Source: Candidatus Actinomarina sp.
Lineage (GTDB): Bacteria; Actinomycetota; Acidimicrobiia; Actinomarinales; Actinomarinaceae
Reading direction: 5' to 3'
Length of the DNA: 64,000 bases
Assembly: GCA_038142145.1 (NCBI GenBank)
Contig: JAYQJM010000005.1
Location: 147,978-211,977, forward strand
The notes under the pieces are model-generated. The model searched no databases, was not told the DNA's origin, and worked only from the letters and a program-made list of their open reading frames with translations. A program made the translations under genes and the position numbers. How positions within the stretch are numbered: position 1 is the first letter of the stretch; each line of letters opens with the position of its first letter. Positions 1 to 12,638 of the stretch are shown here, in pieces.

Positions 1-3000
1 TAGATATAAAAGAATTAGGTATCGAGGAATTGTTTGTGAAAGATGTGGAGTAGAGGTTACAAGACGTGAAGTTCGAAGAGAAAGAATGGGGCATATTGAA
101 TTAGCAGCTCCTGTAACTCATATTTGGTATTTCAAAGGTGTGCCAAGCAGGCTAGGTTATTTTCTTGATATGTCACCTAAAGAGCTTGAAAAAGTAATTT
201 ATTTTGCTGCTTACTTAGTTGTTTCAATTGATGATAAAAAAAGAACAAAAGATCTTGCAGAGCTCGAAGAAGCAGTTGTTGCTGAGGTAGAAATTGTCAA
301 TGAAGATTTTGAAGATTGGGAAAAGAAACGTATTAAGCAAATGGATACAGAGATTAAGGCTATGGAAAATGCCAAAATCCCAGAACCAGAAATTCAAATT
401 AGAAAAAAAGAAGTTGAAAAAGAAATTAAACAAAAAAAAGCTAAGTCTGATGCTGAAATCAAAGTAATTGAAGAAGCTTTCTCAACACTAAAAACATTAA
501 AACCAAAAACTTTAATTGAAAATGATGTTTTATGGCGTGAAATGATTGATAAATATGATGAATATTTCACAGGTGGCATGGGAGCAGAAGCTGTTAGAGA
601 ATTAGTTCAGTTAGTCGATCTCAAAGCTGAAATGGAAAAACTTGAAACTGACTTAGATTCAAAGTCTGCTCAAAGAAGACAAAGAGCCATACAAAGAATG
701 AAGGTCATTAAACCGTTTGCTGATGGAAAAAATCCACCTGAAGCAATGATTCTTGAAGTTATTCCAGTTATTCCACCAGAGCTAAGACCAATGGTTCAAC
801 TAGATGGTGGCAGGTTTGCAACATCCGATTTAAACGATCTTTATAGAAGACTAATCAATAGAAATAATAGATTGAAAAAGCTCATTGAATTAGGTGCTCC
901 TGAAATAATTATTAGTAATGAGAAAAGAATGCTTCAAGAATCTGTTGATGCTTTATTTGATAATGGTAGAAGAGGAAGAGCAGTTGCAGGTGCAGGTGGT
1001 CGTGGCCTTAAATCTTTATCTGATATGCTTAAAGGAAAACAAGGAAGATTTAGACAAAACCTTCTTGGTAAAAGAGTAGATTATTCTGCTAGATCAGTTA
1101 TTGTTGTTGGTCCTCATCTAGAACTACAACAATGTGGTCTTCCTAAAATGATGGCATTAGAGCTTTTTAAACCTTTTGTAATGAAAAGGTTAGTTGAGCT
1201 TGGTTTGGCTCAAAACATAAAATCAGCAAAGCGTATGGTTGAGAGATCTAGAGCTCAAGTTTGGGATGTGTTAGCAGAAGTAATTGAAGAGCATCCAGTT
1301 TTATTAAATAGAGCACCTACTTTACACAGGTTAGGAATTCAAGCTTTTGAACCTATATTAGTTGAAGGTAAAGCAATTCAAGTTCATCCATTAGTTTGTG
1401 AAGCTTTTAATGCTGACTTTGACGGTGATCAGATGGCAGTACACGTGCCACTCTCTGCAGAAGCGCAAGCAGAAGCAAGAGTCTTAATGCTTTCAACAAA
1501 CAATGTATTATCTCCTGCGTCTGGTAACCCAATTGTTTCACCTAGCCAAGATATGGTGATTGGATTGTACTACTTAACTGAATGTTATGAATCTTTAGAA
1601 AGTTCAGACCATAATTTTGTAGATTTTAATGAAGCACAAATTGCTTATGAAAACGGACATATTGGTCTACAAACCCCAATTAATGTTCGTGTAGGTGATC
1701 TTGCTGGTGATCCCGAGATACATTCTGAATTAATTGGAAGATTCTCAGAACTATTGACAGCTGAACCTGTTAATGGGGAGAAGTTGTTTACAACAACTTT
1801 AGGAAGACTACATTTTAATTCGATTTTACCTTCAAACTTTCCATATATTCAAGCTTCAATCAGAAAGAATGAAATGAGAAAAATTATTTCTGAAGCAATT
1901 GAAAGGTATAACAAAGCTGAATTAAGAATTTTCTTAGATGCAATGAAGAGCAAAGGTTTTACATTTGGTGCTAAAGCTGGACTAACAGTATCAATGAATG
2001 ATGTAAAAACTCCTCCATCTAAAGCGCAAATTCTTCAAAAGCATGAAGCTGAAGCTGAAAAAGTAATGAAGCAATTTAAAGATGATGTAATTACTGAGAC
2101 TGAAAGAAAACAAAGAATCATTGAAATTTGGAATGAAGCTACTGAGGAAGTTCAAGATGCTATGAAGCTTGAGCTAGAAGCAGAAAGATTTAATCCTGTT
2201 GATATGATGGTTAAATCTGGTGCTAGAGGCAACATGATGCAAGTGAGACAATTAGCTGGTATGAGAGGTCTTGTAGCAAATCCAAAAGGTGACATTATTG
2301 AAAGTCCTATAAAAAGTAACTTCAGAGAGGGAATGTCAGTTCTAGAGTATTTCATATCTACCCACGGTGCTAGAAAGGGTCTTGCTGATACAGCGTTAAG
2401 AACTGCTGACTCAGGATATCTAACAAGAAGACTTGTTGATGTTGCTGCAGGAATTGTTGTAAAAGACATTGGCGATGACAATATTGACTGGAGAGGTACC
2501 AACAAAAAAGTCATGGTTAATGGCAAGATAAGTAGGTATTTATTCTCAACTTTATATGGACGTGTTCTATCTGAAGACGTTAAAGTAGATAAAAAAGTTG
2601 TTGAGCTTGAAAATGGCAAAAAGTTGTCTAAAGGTACATATATTGATGCTGAAGTCTTGGATGCTATTGGAAAATCTGGTGTTGAAGATGTTAATGTACT
2701 TACACCATTCAACTCTCTTGATCCAGAATCAATGGATCCTTTATGTTATGGATTTAGTTTGGCAACCGGTAAACCAGTTGAAGTTGGTGAAGCTGTAGGT
2801 ATCATATCCGCTCAATCAATTGGTGAGCCTGGAACTCAGCTTACTATGAGAACTTTCCATACTGGTGGAGTTGTTGGTTTAGATATTACATCTGGTCTAC
2901 CAAGAATTGTTGAGCTATTTGAAGCTAGAACACCTAAAGGTAAATCTGTACTGTCTCCAATTAACGGAAAAATTAAGTCTATAGAAGCAACACCTGAAGG

Positions 3001-3733
3001 AAATAGACAGGTATTGATTGCAAATGAAAAAGAGGAAGTTGAATTATTGGTTCTTAGAAGACAGACTTTAATTTCAAATCAAGGTGACACAGTAGAAGCT
3101 GGACAAGCTTTAACAACTGGTCCAAAAGATCCTAAAGAAGTTTTACAAATTAATGGAGTAAGAACTTGTCAAGAATATTTGGTTGACGAGGTCCAAAAGA
3201 CCTATAGAGACCAAGGAGTTGAAGTTCATGACAAGCATGTTGAAATGATTGTTCGACAGATGATAAGAAGAGTTAGAATTGTAAAATCTAATGACTCTGA
3301 TTATCTACCTAACGAGTTAGTTGATTCAACACAATTTAGAAAAGCCAATCAAGAATTGGTGAAAGATGGAAAGACACCAGCTGAAGGTAGACCTGAGCTT
3401 ATGGGTATCACAAAAGCTAGCCTTGCAACAGACTCATGGTTATCAGCTGCTTCATTCCAGGAAACTACAAGAGTGCTCACAGAAGCAGCCATGAAGAGAA
3501 GCAATGATTCTCTAAGTGGATTAAAAGAGAACGTAATTATTGGAACATTAATTCCTGCAGGTACAGGGTCTAATGCTTACCAACAATTAGCACCATCTTT
3601 ACCTGACGCTCCTGAGGTTTCTGATTTAGGATTCATGGCGGAATCTTCTGATGCTACTGAAGATGATTCTCTCCCAAATCCTGCTCAATGGCTAGCTATG
3701 TTAGGTGAAGAAAATAAAGAGGAGGATGAATAA
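1..3733 (+). CDS. rpoC: DNA-directed RNA polymerase subunit beta' (N-terminus cut by window edge)
   Basis: The frame of ORF 86..3733 stays open back to nt 2 ([44 protein letters not shown]). It has the catalytic NADFDGDQM motif. It is followed by rpsL-rpsG-fusA-tuf. Confidence 0.98.
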   Translation, partial: RYKRIRYRGIVCERCGVEVTRREVRRERMGHIELAAPVTHIWYFKGVPSRLGYFLDMSPKELEKVIYFAAYLVVSIDDKKRTKDLAELEEAVVAEVEIVNEDFEDWEKKRIKQMDTEIKAMENAKIPEPEIQIRKKEVEKEIKQKKAKSDAEIKVIEEAFSTLKTLKPKTLIENDVLWREMIDKYDEYFTGGMGAEAVRELVQLVDLKAEMEKLETDLDSKSAQRRQRAIQRMKVIKPFADGKNPPEAMILEVIPVIPPELRPMVQLDGGRFATSDLNDLYRRLINRNNRLKKLIELGAPEIIISNEKRMLQESVDALFDNGRRGRAVAGAGGRGLKSLSDMLKGKQGRFRQNLLGKRVDYSARSVIVVGPHLELQQCGLPKMMALELFKPFVMKRLVELGLAQNIKSAKRMVERSRAQVWDVLAEVIEEHPVLLNRAPTLHRLGIQAFEPILVEGKAIQVHPLVCEAFNADFDGDQMAVHVPLSAEAQAEARVLMLSTNNVLSPASGNPIVSPSQDMVIGLYYLTECYESLESSDHNFVDFNEAQIAYENGHIGLQTPINVRVGDLAGDPEIHSELIGRFSELLTAEPVNGEKLFTTTLGRLHFNSILPSNFPYIQASIRKNEMRKIISEAIERYNKAELRIFLDAMKSKGFTFGAKAGLTVSMNDVKTPPSKAQILQKHEAEAEKVMKQFKDDVITETERKQRIIEIWNEATEEVQDAMKLELEAERFNPVDMMVKSGARGNMMQVRQLAGMRGLVANPKGDIIESPIKSNFREGMSVLEYFISTHGARKGLADTALRTADSGYLTRRLVDVAAGIVVKDIGDDNIDWRGTNKKVMVNGKISRYLFSTLYGRVLSEDVKVDKKVVELENGKKLSKGTYIDAEVLDAIGKSGVEDVNVLTPFNSLDPESMDPLCYGFSLATGKPVEVGEAVGIISAQSIGEPGTQLTMRTFHTGGVVGLDITSGLPRIVELFEARTPKGKSVLSPINGKIKSIEATPEGNRQVLIANEKEEVELLVLRRQTLISNQGDTVEAGQALTTGPKDPKEVLQINGVRTCQEYLVDEVQKTYRDQGVEVHDKHVEMIVRQMIRRVRIVKSNDSDYLPNELVDSTQFRKANQELVKDGKTPAEGRPELMGITKASLATDSWLSAASFQETTRVLTEAAMKRSNDSLSGLKENVIIGTLIPAGTGSNAYQQLAPSLPDAPEVSDLGFMAESSDATEDDSLPNPAQWLAMLGEENKEEDE

Positions 3734-3752
3734 AAAACTTATAAATAATAGG

Positions 3753-3781
3753 TTGTTGTAAGTTTAAATTCGTCATATACT
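3753..3781 (+). promoter_or_regulatory. Candidate sigma-70-type promoter for the rpsL-rpsG-fusA-tuf operon (TTGTTG-N17-TATACT)
   Basis: Hexamers read directly in the 92-nt rpoC/rpsL gap with 17-nt spacing. No experimental support. Confidence 0.3.
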
Positions 3782-3825
3782 TCATTTTCGGTAAGCCAAA
3801 TTAGTAATTTTAGATTGGATTAAGT

Positions 3826-4194
3826 ATGCCTACTACACAACAGTTGGTAAGAAAAGGAAGAAAGTCTAAAGTGTCTAAAGAAAAGACACCTGGACTTAAG
3901 GGTTCACCTCAAAGAAGAGGTGTTTGTACACGTGTATATACTGTTACACCTAAAAAACCAAACTCTGCATTAAGAAAAGTTTGCAGAGTGAGATTATCAA
4001 CTGGCACTGAAGTTACAGCTTATATTCCTGGTGAAGGTCATAATTTACAAGAGCACTCAATCGTTCTTGTAAGAGGTGGAAGAGTTAAGGATTTACCTGG
4101 TGTTAGATATAAAGTTATTAGAGGTGCGTTAGATACAGCTGGTGTGGCGGATAGAAAACAAGCTAGGTCAAGGTACGGAAGCAAAAAGGGTTAA
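3826..4194 (+). CDS. rpsL: 30S ribosomal protein S12
   Basis: [13 protein letters not shown]... with [10 protein letters not shown] motif; 122 aa; str-operon position. Confidence 0.98.
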   Translation: MPTTQQLVRKGRKSKVSKEKTPGLKGSPQRRGVCTRVYTVTPKKPNSALRKVCRVRLSTGTEVTAYIPGEGHNLQEHSIVLVRGGRVKDLPGVRYKVIRGALDTAGVADRKQARSRYGSKKG

Positions 4195-4197
4195 ACA

Positions 4198-4665
4198 ATG
4201 AGAAGAGGACCATCAGTAAAAAGAAAACCAGAACCCGATCCAATTTTCAATAGTGTTCTCGTTTCTCAAATCATCAATCAAGTTTTATTAGACGGAAAAA
4301 AAGATATAGCAAGCAATATTGTTTATTCAGCTTTAAATTTAGTGGAAAAGCAAACAGGTTCCGATCCTCTCTCAACACTAAAAGATGCATTTGAAAATGT
4401 AAGACCACAAATTGAAACAAAATCTAGAAGAGTTGGTGGAACAAATTATCAAGTACCAATGGAAGTACCTCAAAGAAGAAGTACAACACTAGCAATTAGA
4501 TGGATGGTTGATGCATCAAGAAAAAGAGGCGAGAAGACAATGTCTGAAAGGCTAGGTAGAGAGATTTTAGATGCAAGTAACAAAACAGGTGCATCAGTTA
4601 AGAAAAGAGAAGACGTCCATAAAATGGCGGAGTCAAATAGAGCATTTGCTCATTACAGGTGGTAG
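4198..4665 (+). CDS. rpsG: 30S ribosomal protein S7
   Basis: 155 aa, S7-like sequence ending ...AFAHYRW; lies between rpsL and fusA. Confidence 0.97.
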   Translation: MRRGPSVKRKPEPDPIFNSVLVSQIINQVLLDGKKDIASNIVYSALNLVEKQTGSDPLSTLKDAFENVRPQIETKSRRVGGTNYQVPMEVPQRRSTTLAIRWMVDASRKRGEKTMSERLGREILDASNKTGASVKKREDVHKMAESNRAFAHYRW

Positions 4666-4669
4666 TTAA

Positions 4670-6757
4670 ATGTCAAGAGAAGTTGATCTAAAGAATTTAA
4701 GAAACATTGGAATTATGGCTCATATTGATGCTGGTAAAACAACATTAACTGAGAGAGTTCTCTATTACACAGGAAAAACTTATAAGATTGGCGAGGTTCA
4801 TGACGGTGCTGCTGTTATGGATTGGATGGAACAAGAGCAGGAAAGAGGAATCACGATCACTTCAGCTGCTACAACCTGTGAATGGAACAAGCATACAATT
4901 AATATTATTGATACACCTGGCCACGTTGACTTCACTGTTGAGGTAGAAAGGTCATTAAGAGTTTTAGATGGTGCCGTTGCTGTTTTTGATGGTGTTGCAG
5001 GAGTAGAGCCACAATCAGAAACAGTCTGGAGACAAGCTGACAAATATAATGTTCCAAGAATTTGTTTTGTGAACAAACTTGATAGGACAGGAGCAGATTT
5101 TGACTACGACGTTCAATCAATTATTGAAAGACTAGAAGCAAAGCCGGCAGTGCTCCATATACCAATTGGCGCAGAGGCTGATTTCGTTGGTGTTGTTGAT
5201 TTAGTTACTATGAAAGCCCATGTTTGGTCAAAAGATGACGGATCGGAATGGGAAGTGGGAGACATTCCTGAAGATTTGAAAGAAGAAGCTGAGCTAAAAC
5301 GTTCTGAGCTTCTAGACGTTGTAGCGGAAGCTGACGATGATGTACTTGAAAAATATTTTTCTGACGAAGAACTAACTGAAGAAGACATAAAGAAAGCAAT
5401 AAGAAAAGGCACATTAGAAGGTCTTTTTGTTCCAGTTCTAGCTGGAAGTGCTTTTAAAAACAAAGGTGTACAACTGTTACTTGATGCAGTTGTAGACTAC
5501 CTCCCTTCACCTTTGGATATTGAGTCTGTTAAAGGTTTTAAACCTGGTGATGAAGAGAATGAAATAACTAGAGATCATAGCGATGAAGATCCATTTTCTG
5601 CGTTGGCTTTTAAAGTTGTTAGCGACCCTCACGTTGGAAAGCTCACATATTTTAGAGTATATTCAGGAACTTTAAACAAGGGTGACAAAGTTACCAATAC
5701 AACAACTGGCAAGGAAGAACGATTAGGTCGAATTCTCAGAATGCACTCAAACTCTCGTGAAGATATAGATTTTATTTGTGCCGGTGATATTGTTGCTGGT
5801 GTAGGTCTTAAAAACGCAAAGACTGGAGACACACTTTCAGCTTCATCAGATTTAATCCAATTAGAGTCAATGACATTTCCAGAACCTGTTATTTCTGTAG
5901 CTATTGAACCTAAGTCAAAAGCAGATGAAGAAAAACTTTCTGAAGGTCTTCAAAAGCTGGCTGAAGAAGATCCTACATTCAGAGTGCAATCCGATGAAGA
6001 AACAGGCCAAACAATTATCTCTGGTATGGGTGAATTACATCTTGATATTTTGGTAGATAGGTTAAAAAGAGAATTTAAAGTAGAAGCAAATATTGGTAAA
6101 CCACAAGTTGCTTACAGAGAAGCACTCAAAACTAAAACTGATGTCGAAGCAAAATACATTAGACAGAGTGGTGGTAGAGGTCAGTATGGTCATGTAATTA
6201 TGGAATTTGAGCCAATTGAAGATGGGTATGAGTTTGTTGATTTGATTAAAAGCGGAAGAATTCCAAAAGAGTATATTCCTTCTGTAAACGCTGGTGTTGA
6301 AGCTGCAATGGAAACAGGTGTTCTTGCTGGCTATCCATTAGTAAATGTTAAAGCTACATTAAAAGATGGTACTTATCACGACGTTGATTCATCTGAAATG
6401 GCTTTCAAAATAGCTGGATCAATGGCCTTAAAAGATGGTGCTAAAAAAGCTGGAGTTAAGCTTCTTGAACCAGTAATGAGTGTGGAGGTCGTTACACCTG
6501 AAGATTTCATGGGAGATGTTGTCGGAGATCTTTCCTCAAGAAGAGGGAAGATAGCTGAAATGGAGCAAAGAGGATCTGCAAAGGTCGTTAATGCAAAAGT
6601 ACCGTTATCAGAGATGTTTGGATACGCAACTGACTTGCGTTCAAGAACACAGGGCCGTGCAACATTTACGATGCAGTTTGATAGTTATGAAGACGTACCA
6701 GACTCCATAACTAAAGAGATAACAGCAAGTATTCGTGGAGTAGAGGTTGAAGTTTAA
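4670..6757 (+). CDS. fusA: Elongation factor G
   Basis: [10 protein letters not shown]1 motif, DTPGHVDF; 695 aa; str-operon position. Confidence 0.98.
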   Translation: MSREVDLKNLRNIGIMAHIDAGKTTLTERVLYYTGKTYKIGEVHDGAAVMDWMEQEQERGITITSAATTCEWNKHTINIIDTPGHVDFTVEVERSLRVLDGAVAVFDGVAGVEPQSETVWRQADKYNVPRICFVNKLDRTGADFDYDVQSIIERLEAKPAVLHIPIGAEADFVGVVDLVTMKAHVWSKDDGSEWEVGDIPEDLKEEAELKRSELLDVVAEADDDVLEKYFSDEELTEEDIKKAIRKGTLEGLFVPVLAGSAFKNKGVQLLLDAVVDYLPSPLDIESVKGFKPGDEENEITRDHSDEDPFSALAFKVVSDPHVGKLTYFRVYSGTLNKGDKVTNTTTGKEERLGRILRMHSNSREDIDFICAGDIVAGVGLKNAKTGDTLSASSDLIQLESMTFPEPVISVAIEPKSKADEEKLSEGLQKLAEEDPTFRVQSDEETGQTIISGMGELHLDILVDRLKREFKVEANIGKPQVAYREALKTKTDVEAKYIRQSGGRGQYGHVIMEFEPIEDGYEFVDLIKSGRIPKEYIPSVNAGVEAAMETGVLAGYPLVNVKATLKDGTYHDVDSSEMAFKIAGSMALKDGAKKAGVKLLEPVMSVEVVTPEDFMGDVVGDLSSRRGKIAEMEQRGSAKVVNAKVPLSEMFGYATDLRSRTQGRATFTMQFDSYEDVPDSITKEITASIRGVEVEV

Positions 6758-6794
6758 ATCTTAGGATTTAGATTTTACAAAAAAGGAGAACATA

Positions 6795-7979
6795 ATGTCA
6801 AAAGAGAAATTTGACCGTAGTAAGCCTCATGTGAACATTGGTACAATGGGACACATTGACCATGGTAAAACCACATTGACGGCCGCTATTACAAAAGTCT
6901 TAGCAGAAGCTGGTGGTGGTGACGCTACTGCTTTTGAAGATATTGATAAAGCACCAGAAGAACGTGAAAGAGGAATCACAATTCAGATCGCTCACGTTGA
7001 GTATGAAACAGAGAACAGACACTATGCACACGTAGATATGCCTGGTCACGCTGACTATGTAAAAAATATGATTACAGGTGCAGCACAAGTTGACGGAGCA
7101 ATCTTAGTAGTTTCTGCAGCTGATGGACCAATGCCTCAAACTAGAGAGCACGTTCTGTTAGCAAGGCAGGTTGGTGTACCTGCGATTGCAGTATTTCTAA
7201 ACAAAGTAGACCAAGTTGATGACGAAGAGCTACTTGAATTAGTAGAAATGGAAGTAAGAGAGCTTCTTAATGAGTATGATTTCCCAGGTGATGATGTACC
7301 TGTAGTTAGAGGATCAGCTCTTGCAGCTCTTGAAGGTAAAGAAGATGGTGTAAATGCTGTTCTTGAGTTAATGAATCAAGTTGATTCATACATCGAAGAA
7401 CCAACACGTGTTGTTGATAAACCATTCTTAATGCCTGTTGAAGACGTATTTTCTATCACTGGTAGAGGAACTGTTGTAACAGGTAGAATCGAACAAGGTA
7501 TTGTTAATGTCAACGATGAAGTTGAAATTGTTGGTATTAGAGAAACTTCAAAATCAGTCTGTACTGGAGTTGAGATGTTTAGAAAACTTCTTGATGAAGG
7601 TAGAGCAGGTGATAATGTTGGTCTTTTATTACGTGGTGTTGATAAAGAGGACGTCGAAAGAGGTCAAGTTATATCAAAACCTGGATCAATTACACCTCAT
7701 ACAAAATTTGAGGCTGAAGTATATGTCTTGACTAAAGAAGAAGGTGGTAGACATAATCCGTTCTTTAAAGGATATAGACCACAATTCTACTTTAGAACTA
7801 CAGATGTAACTGGAGAAGTTGAGTTACCAGCAGGAACTGAAATGGTTATGCCTGGTGACAATGTCTCAATTACAGTCGAATTGATTTCACCAATTGCTAT
7901 GGAAGAAGGCGTTAAATTCGCTATCCGTGAAGGTGGAAGGACTGTAGGAGCAGGACAAGTAACAAAAGTTATTGAGTAA
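6795..7979 (+). CDS. tuf: Elongation factor Tu
   Basis: [26 protein letters not shown] motifs; 394 aa; GGAG Shine-Dalgarno upstream. Confidence 0.99.
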   Translation: MSKEKFDRSKPHVNIGTMGHIDHGKTTLTAAITKVLAEAGGGDATAFEDIDKAPEERERGITIQIAHVEYETENRHYAHVDMPGHADYVKNMITGAAQVDGAILVVSAADGPMPQTREHVLLARQVGVPAIAVFLNKVDQVDDEELLELVEMEVRELLNEYDFPGDDVPVVRGSALAALEGKEDGVNAVLELMNQVDSYIEEPTRVVDKPFLMPVEDVFSITGRGTVVTGRIEQGIVNVNDEVEIVGIRETSKSVCTGVEMFRKLLDEGRAGDNVGLLLRGVDKEDVERGQVISKPGSITPHTKFEAEVYVLTKEEGGRHNPFFKGYRPQFYFRTTDVTGEVELPAGTEMVMPGDNVSITVELISPIAMEEGVKFAIREGGRTVGAGQVTKVIE

Positions 7980-7989
7980 TAAAAATTAA

Positions 7990-8022
7990 CCGGGAGTAGA
8001 ATTTATACTCCCGGTTTTTTTT
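7990..8022 (+). terminator. Rho-independent terminator after tuf, abutting the rpsJ ribosome-binding site
   Basis: 9-bp perfect stem ccgggagta/tactcccgg (7990-7998 / 8006-8014), 7-nt loop, T8 tract 8015-8022. GAGG and the rpsJ ATG (8032) follow immediately. Confidence 0.85.
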
Positions 8023-8031
8023 GAGGAAAAA

Positions 8032-8340
8032 ATGGCAAAACAGCAAATAAGAATAAAGTTAAAAGCTTACGACAACTATGTTGTTGATGAGTCTGCGCGT
8101 AAAATTGCTGAAACTGTTATTAAAACTCAAGCAAAAGTAAAAGGACCAGTTCCTTTGCCAACACAAATTCATAGATATTGTGTTATTAGATCACCTCATG
8201 TTGATAAAAAATCTCGAGAGCACTTTGAAATGAGAATTCACAAGCGTTTAATTGATATTGTTGAACCCACTCCAAAAACTGTTGATTCATTGATGAGGCT
8301 AGATCTTCCAGCAGGAGTAGAAGTGGAAATTAAATTATGA
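8032..8340 (+). CDS. rpsJ: 30S ribosomal protein S10
   Basis: 102 aa, [10 protein letters not shown]... S10 signature; first gene of the S10 operon. Confidence 0.98.
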   Translation: MAKQQIRIKLKAYDNYVVDESARKIAETVIKTQAKVKGPVPLPTQIHRYCVIRSPHVDKKSREHFEMRIHKRLIDIVEPTPKTVDSLMRLDLPAGVEVEIKL

Positions 8341-8969
8341 ACACTTTGATTGCTAAAAAAGTAGGGATGACTCAAATTTTTGATGAAAATGCCAAAGCTA
8401 TGGGTGTAACTGTACTAGATGTATCTGATTGCAGAGTTGTTCAAGTTAAGAATCAAAAAGTTGATGGCTACAACGCAGTACAACTTACAATTGGTACAAC
8501 AAAGAAACCCAACAATCCTTTAAAGAATCATTTCGAGAAACACAATACAGAACCAGGTGAGATTATTTTTGAAGTTGAAGTTCATGAAGACACTGAACTA
8601 AAACCTGGAGAGAAAATTAATGTAAATGACATTTTTGAAGTAGGTCAAAAAGTTGACATTTCTGGAATCTCCAAAGGTAAAGGTTTTGCTGGTGTGATGA
8701 AAAGGCACAATTTTGCAGGTCAGAAAGCTAGCCATGGTGTACATAAGGTACATAGAGCTGGTGGTTCTATTGGTAATGCTTCATTTCCAGGACATGTATT
8801 TAAAGGACAAAAAATGGCTGGAAGAATGGGTAATCAAAAAACAACCATCCAATCAGTCACAATCGTTGGTCTTAACGAAGAAAAAAATTACATTTTGGTT
8901 AATGGTTCAGTGCCTGGTAATAAGGGTAATGTTGTTAAAGTTCAAAAAGCTGTGAAGGTGAAACAATGA
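8337..8969 (+). CDS. rplC: 50S ribosomal protein L3
   Basis: 210 aa, KVGMTQIF start region; operon order; ATGA overlap with rpsJ. Confidence 0.97.
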   Translation: MNTLIAKKVGMTQIFDENAKAMGVTVLDVSDCRVVQVKNQKVDGYNAVQLTIGTTKKPNNPLKNHFEKHNTEPGEIIFEVEVHEDTELKPGEKINVNDIFEVGQKVDISGISKGKGFAGVMKRHNFAGQKASHGVHKVHRAGGSIGNASFPGHVFKGQKMAGRMGNQKTTIQSVTIVGLNEEKNYILVNGSVPGNKGNVVKVQKAVKVKQ

Positions 8970-9589
8970 CTGTATCTCTTGGCACTATAAAAATTAATGA
9001 AAACAAAGTATCTAAAAAAGAATACGATTTTCCTACATTTGATGAAATAAATATAGGACTGCTTCATCAAGTTGTTAAAGGAAACAGGACAAATTTCAGA
9101 AACAATACTGCATCTGTCAAAACAAGAGCACAAGTATCTGGTACAGGTGCAAAGCCATTTGCTCAAAAGGGTACAGGTAGAGCAAGACAAGGTTCTTTAA
9201 GATCTCCTCAGTTTATTGGTGGTGGTATTGCTCATGGTCCAGGAGGAAGAGTATATAAAGACAGAACCCCAAAAAAAATGAAGAAAAAAGCTTTAAACAT
9301 GGCAGTTTCACAAAGAGTTTCTGAAGAATCAGTGTTTGTTATTGATGGCACAAATATGGAGACACCTTCTACTAAAGAAGCTTTGAATTCTTTAAATCAA
9401 TTAGGTATTAGCAATACTTTTACTTTTGTTTACGCAGCTGGTGATGAAAATTTAATCAAATCATTAAGAAATATTGAAAAAGCAAGAATTGTGTCTTCTA
9501 ATAAGTTGGCAGCTATTGATGTTATCTCAACAGACTTTACTGTTTTTTCAATCGCATCTGCAGAACAATTTGCTGGGGAAAAAGAATGA
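8966..9589 (+). CDS. rplD: 50S ribosomal protein L4
   Basis: 207 aa, KPFAQKGTGRARQGS motif; operon order. Confidence 0.97.
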   Translation: MTVSLGTIKINENKVSKKEYDFPTFDEINIGLLHQVVKGNRTNFRNNTASVKTRAQVSGTGAKPFAQKGTGRARQGSLRSPQFIGGGIAHGPGGRVYKDRTPKKMKKKALNMAVSQRVSEESVFVIDGTNMETPSTKEALNSLNQLGISNTFTFVYAAGDENLIKSLRNIEKARIVSSNKLAAIDVISTDFTVFSIASAEQFAGEKE

Positions 9590-9873
9590 AGTTTTTAGAA
9601 GACGTTTTATTAGCTCCAGTAATTTCTGAAAAATCATACGATAGAATTTCAGAATCTAACTCCTATACATTTTTTGTACATCCAAAAACTAATAAATTAG
9701 AGATTAAAAAAGCTGTAGAGCAAATGTTTGATGTATCTGTATTAAGAGTTAACACAATGTACAGAAAAGGTAAAAAGAAAAGATTTGGATACGTCTATGG
9801 CCAACAAAGTGATAAAAAGATTGCAATTGTGACTCTTCCTGAGGGTCAGACTATTGAGGCATTTGGGGTTTAG
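9586..9873 (+). CDS. rplW: 50S ribosomal protein L23
   Basis: 95 aa, L23-like; operon order. Confidence 0.96.
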   Translation: MKFLEDVLLAPVISEKSYDRISESNSYTFFVHPKTNKLEIKKAVEQMFDVSVLRVNTMYRKGKKKRFGYVYGQQSDKKIAIVTLPEGQTIEAFGV

Positions 9874-9874
9874 T

Positions 9875-10708
9875 ATGGGTTCAAAAAAAATTAGACCAGT
9901 AACACCAGGCATGAGAGGTCAAGTAGCAACTGACTTTAAAGATATAACCAAAAAGAAACCAGAAAAGTCATTGTTGCAATCCAAAAAATCTTCAGGTGGA
10001 AGAAACAACAAAGGAAGAATAACTTCACGTCACAGAGGTGGAGGGCACAAGCAAAAATATAGAATTATAGATTTTAAAAGAATTAAAGATGGGATTCCAG
10101 CTAGAGTCGCAGGCATAGAATATGATCCAAACAGAAATGCACGTATTGCTTTACTTCACTATGTAGATGGAGAAAAAGCTTACATTATTGCTCCTGATGG
10201 ATTAGGAGTTGATGCAATGGTAGAGTCTGGAACAAAAGCAGATATCAAAGATGGAAATTGTTTACCATTAAGAAATATTCCTGCAGGTACATTTGTTCAT
10301 GCTGTTGAATTAAGACCTGGTGGTGGAGCCAAAATGGCTAGATCAGCTGGTTCATCTGTTCAGCTTATGAGCAAAGAAGGAGATGCAGCTTTGTTGAGGT
10401 TGCCATCAGGTGAAATGAGAACAGTTCCGATGGATTGTAGAGCAACAATAGGAAGTGTAGGAAATGCTGAAGCAGAGTTAACAAAGCTTGGTAAAGCTGG
10501 AAGAAAACGTTGGAAGGGTGTACGACCACAAACTAGAGGTGTGGCTATGAACCCAGTGGACCATCCACTCGGTGGTGGTGAAGGTAAATCTTCTGGTGGT
10601 AGAGTACCTGTAAGTCCTTGGGGACAACCAGAAAAGAAAACTCGAAAGAAAAAGAAATATAGCAATAAAGCAATTGTTAGAAGAAGATCTCAAAAAGGTA
10701 GAAATTAG
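9875..10708 (+). CDS. rplB: 50S ribosomal protein L2
   Basis: Start moved to ATG 9875 ([15 protein letters not shown]), 1 nt after the rplW stop. The track ORF start 9854 overlaps rpl[10 protein letters not shown] and [13 protein letters not shown] motifs. Confidence 0.97.
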   Translation: MGSKKIRPVTPGMRGQVATDFKDITKKKPEKSLLQSKKSSGGRNNKGRITSRHRGGGHKQKYRIIDFKRIKDGIPARVAGIEYDPNRNARIALLHYVDGEKAYIIAPDGLGVDAMVESGTKADIKDGNCLPLRNIPAGTFVHAVELRPGGGAKMARSAGSSVQLMSKEGDAALLRLPSGEMRTVPMDCRATIGSVGNAEAELTKLGKAGRKRWKGVRPQTRGVAMNPVDHPLGGGEGKSSGGRVPVSPWGQPEKKTRKKKKYSNKAIVRRRSQKGRN

Positions 10709-10709
10709 T

Positions 10710-10973
10710 ATGGCAAGAAGTTTAAGAAAAGGACCATTTGTAGACGAGCACTTGCTCAAAAAAGTTGAAGAAGCACAGAATACAGGAAATAAAGGTGTCA
10801 TCAAGACTTGGAGTAGGAGATCTACAATTGTCCCTGAAATGGTTGGCTTAACAATTGCAGTTCACAATGGTAGACAGCATTTACCAGTTTTCGTCACAGA
10901 GGCAATGGTGGGGCATAAATTAGGCGAGTTTTCTCCAACAAGAACATTTAAAGGACATCCAGGACAGAACTAA
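10710..10973 (+). CDS. rpsS: 30S ribosomal protein S19
   Basis: Start at ATG 10710 ([12 protein letters not shown]); the upstream extension in the track overlaps rplB. Confidence 0.97.
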   Translation: MARSLRKGPFVDEHLLKKVEEAQNTGNKGVIKTWSRRSTIVPEMVGLTIAVHNGRQHLPVFVTEAMVGHKLGEFSPTRTFKGHPGQN

Positions 10974-11320
10974 TGGAAAACACAACTGTAAAAGCTCAAG
11001 GAAAATACATAAGGCAATCTCCATATAAGATGAGGCTTGTTTTGAATTTGATTAGAGGACTTCAGGTACAAGATGCTCTCAATGTTTTAACTTTTACTAA
11101 GAGAAAAGCCTCTGTTGAAATTAAGCAAGTTTTAGAAAGCGCTATCGCAAATGCAGAAGCTAACTATAATTTAAATGCTTCAGAACTCTTTGTCTCAAAA
11201 GCAATTGCAGATGAAGGACCAACTTTAAAAAGGTTTAGACCAAGAGCAAGAGGAAGAGCTGGAAGAATTAACAAAAGAACTTCTCATTTGTTAATTGAAT
11301 TAGAAAGAATTGAAGAATAA
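10973..11320 (+). CDS. rplV: 50S ribosomal protein L22
   Basis: 115 aa, L22-like; TAATG overlap with rpsS. Confidence 0.96.
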   Translation: MENTTVKAQGKYIRQSPYKMRLVLNLIRGLQVQDALNVLTFTKRKASVEIKQVLESAIANAEANYNLNASELFVSKAIADEGPTLKRFRPRARGRAGRINKRTSHLLIELERIEE

Positions 11321-12222
11321 TGGGTCAGAAAACACATCCATACGCATTTAGAATCGGAATAGTTAACGACTGGAAATCACGCTGGTTTAATGGAAAAGAT
11401 TATAAAGATCTAGTGAATCAAGATTATCAAATAAGAAATTTTCTTGGAAAACAACTTCCAAAAGCCGCAGTTTCAAGAATTGATATTGAGAGAAGAGATA
11501 AAGGTGGAACTTTAACAATTGATATCCATACTGCTCGCCCAGGTGTTGTTATTGGTAGAAAAGGTGTTGAGGCTGATAGGCTCAGAAAAGGAATTGAAAA
11601 ACTTTCTAAACAACCAGTAAAGCTAAATATTATCGAAATACGAGAAGCTGAACTTGATGCACAACTTCTTGCAAGAGGAATTGCTGATCAATTAGAGAAT
11701 AGAGTTGCTTTTAGAAGAGCAATGAAAAGAGCAGTAACAGCTGCACTTAAAGCAGGTGCAGAAGGAGTTCGTGTCGAATGCTCTGGAAGATTGGGTGGAG
11801 CAGAAATGGGCCGAAGAGAATGGTATAGAGAAGGAAGAGTTCCTCTTCATACTTTAAGAGCAGATATTGATTTTGGTAGAGCAACTGCACATACAACTGT
11901 TGGTGCGATTGGTGTTAAAGTATGGGTTTATAAGGGTGATGTTGTTGGTTCAAACAAGTTGAGACAGGACAAAATCTCTGCAGAAGCTAATTTAGCTAGT
12001 GGAGGCCCGGCAGCAGGTAGAGTTAAGTCTGTTAAATCTAGAGCTGAAGCTGCTGTTGGTGAGAAAAAAGAACCTAAAATTCTCGAAGCTGGTGGAGGTA
12101 AAAAATCTGGTGAAGAGTCATCCTCTCCAGGAATAGTTGAAGCTGGTGGAGGAAAAAAAATAACTAAAGAAGTTGCTCAAGCCGAGTTCGAAGAAGAAAA
12201 ATCAATTTTGGAAGAAGAGTAA
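11320..12222 (+). CDS. rpsC: 30S ribosomal protein S3 with a repeat-containing C-terminal extension
   Basis: [13 protein letters not shown] start and KH-domain region. At 300 aa it is longer than the S3 core, with an EAGGGKK x2 acidic tail. Confidence 0.97.
   Translation: MGQKTHPYAFRIGIVNDWKSRWFNGKDYKDLVNQDYQIRNFLGKQLPKAAVSRIDIERRDKGGTLTIDIHTARPGVVIGRKGVEADRLRKGIEKLSKQPVKLNIIEIREAELDAQLLARGIADQLENRVAFRRAMKRAVTAALKAGAEGVRVECSGRLGGAEMGRREWYREGRVPLHTLRADIDFGRATAHTTVGAIGVKVWVYKGDVVGSNKLRQDKISAEANLASGGPAAGRVKSVKSRAEAAVGEKKEPKILEAGGGKKSGEESSSPGIVEAGGGKKITKEVAQAEFEEEKSILEEE
12085..12159 (+). repeat. In-frame 21-nt direct repeat (gaagctggtggagg[t/a]aaaaaa) inside the rpsC 3' extension
   Basis: Copies at 12085-12105 and 12139-12159 with one mismatch and 54-nt periodicity. 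Each encodes EAGGGKK. Confidence 0.8.
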
Positions 12223-12224
12223 AT

Positions 12225-12638
12225 ATGTTGATGCCTAAAAAAACAAAATTTAGAAAAGCCTTTCGTGGCAGAAGAAAAGGTAATTCAAAAGGTGGTAACG
12301 TTGTTAATTTTGGTGATTTTGGTATTCAAGCTGTTGAAACTTCATATGTAACTGCTCGACAAATCGAAGCTGCCAGAATAACAATCACTAGAACTATGAA
12401 ACGTGGTGGTAAAGTTTGGATTAACATTTTCCCACATAAGCCTATAACAAAAAAGCCAGCAGAAGTAAGAATGGGATCTGGTAAAGGTAATGTTGAATAT
12501 TATGTTGCAGTCGTAAAACCAGGAAGAATACTCTTTGAAATATCTGGAGTTTCAGAAGATATTGCTAGAGAAGCAATGAGAAAAGCTGGTCACAAACTTC
12601 CTATGAAAACAAAATTTGTTGCAAGGGATAGCGTATGA
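12225..12638 (+). CDS. rplP: 50S ribosomal protein L16
   Basis: [16 protein letters not shown] start; 137 aa. Confidence 0.97.
   Translation: MLMPKKTKFRKAFRGRRKGNSKGGNVVNFGDFGIQAVETSYVTARQIEAARITITRTMKRGGKVWINIFPHKPITKKPAEVRMGSGKGNVEYYVAVVKPGRILFEISGVSEDIAREAMRKAGHKLPMKTKFVARDSV

Noticed and set aside
2152-2712. 186-aa minus-strand ORF inside rpoC, with other antisense or alternate-frame ORFs at 224-579, 4798-5832, 6900-7088 and 7501-7731
   Set aside because: These are shadow ORFs fully embedded in strongly conserved genes. Their translations are low-complexity (Ser/Thr/Phe/Leu-rich) with no recognisable motif.
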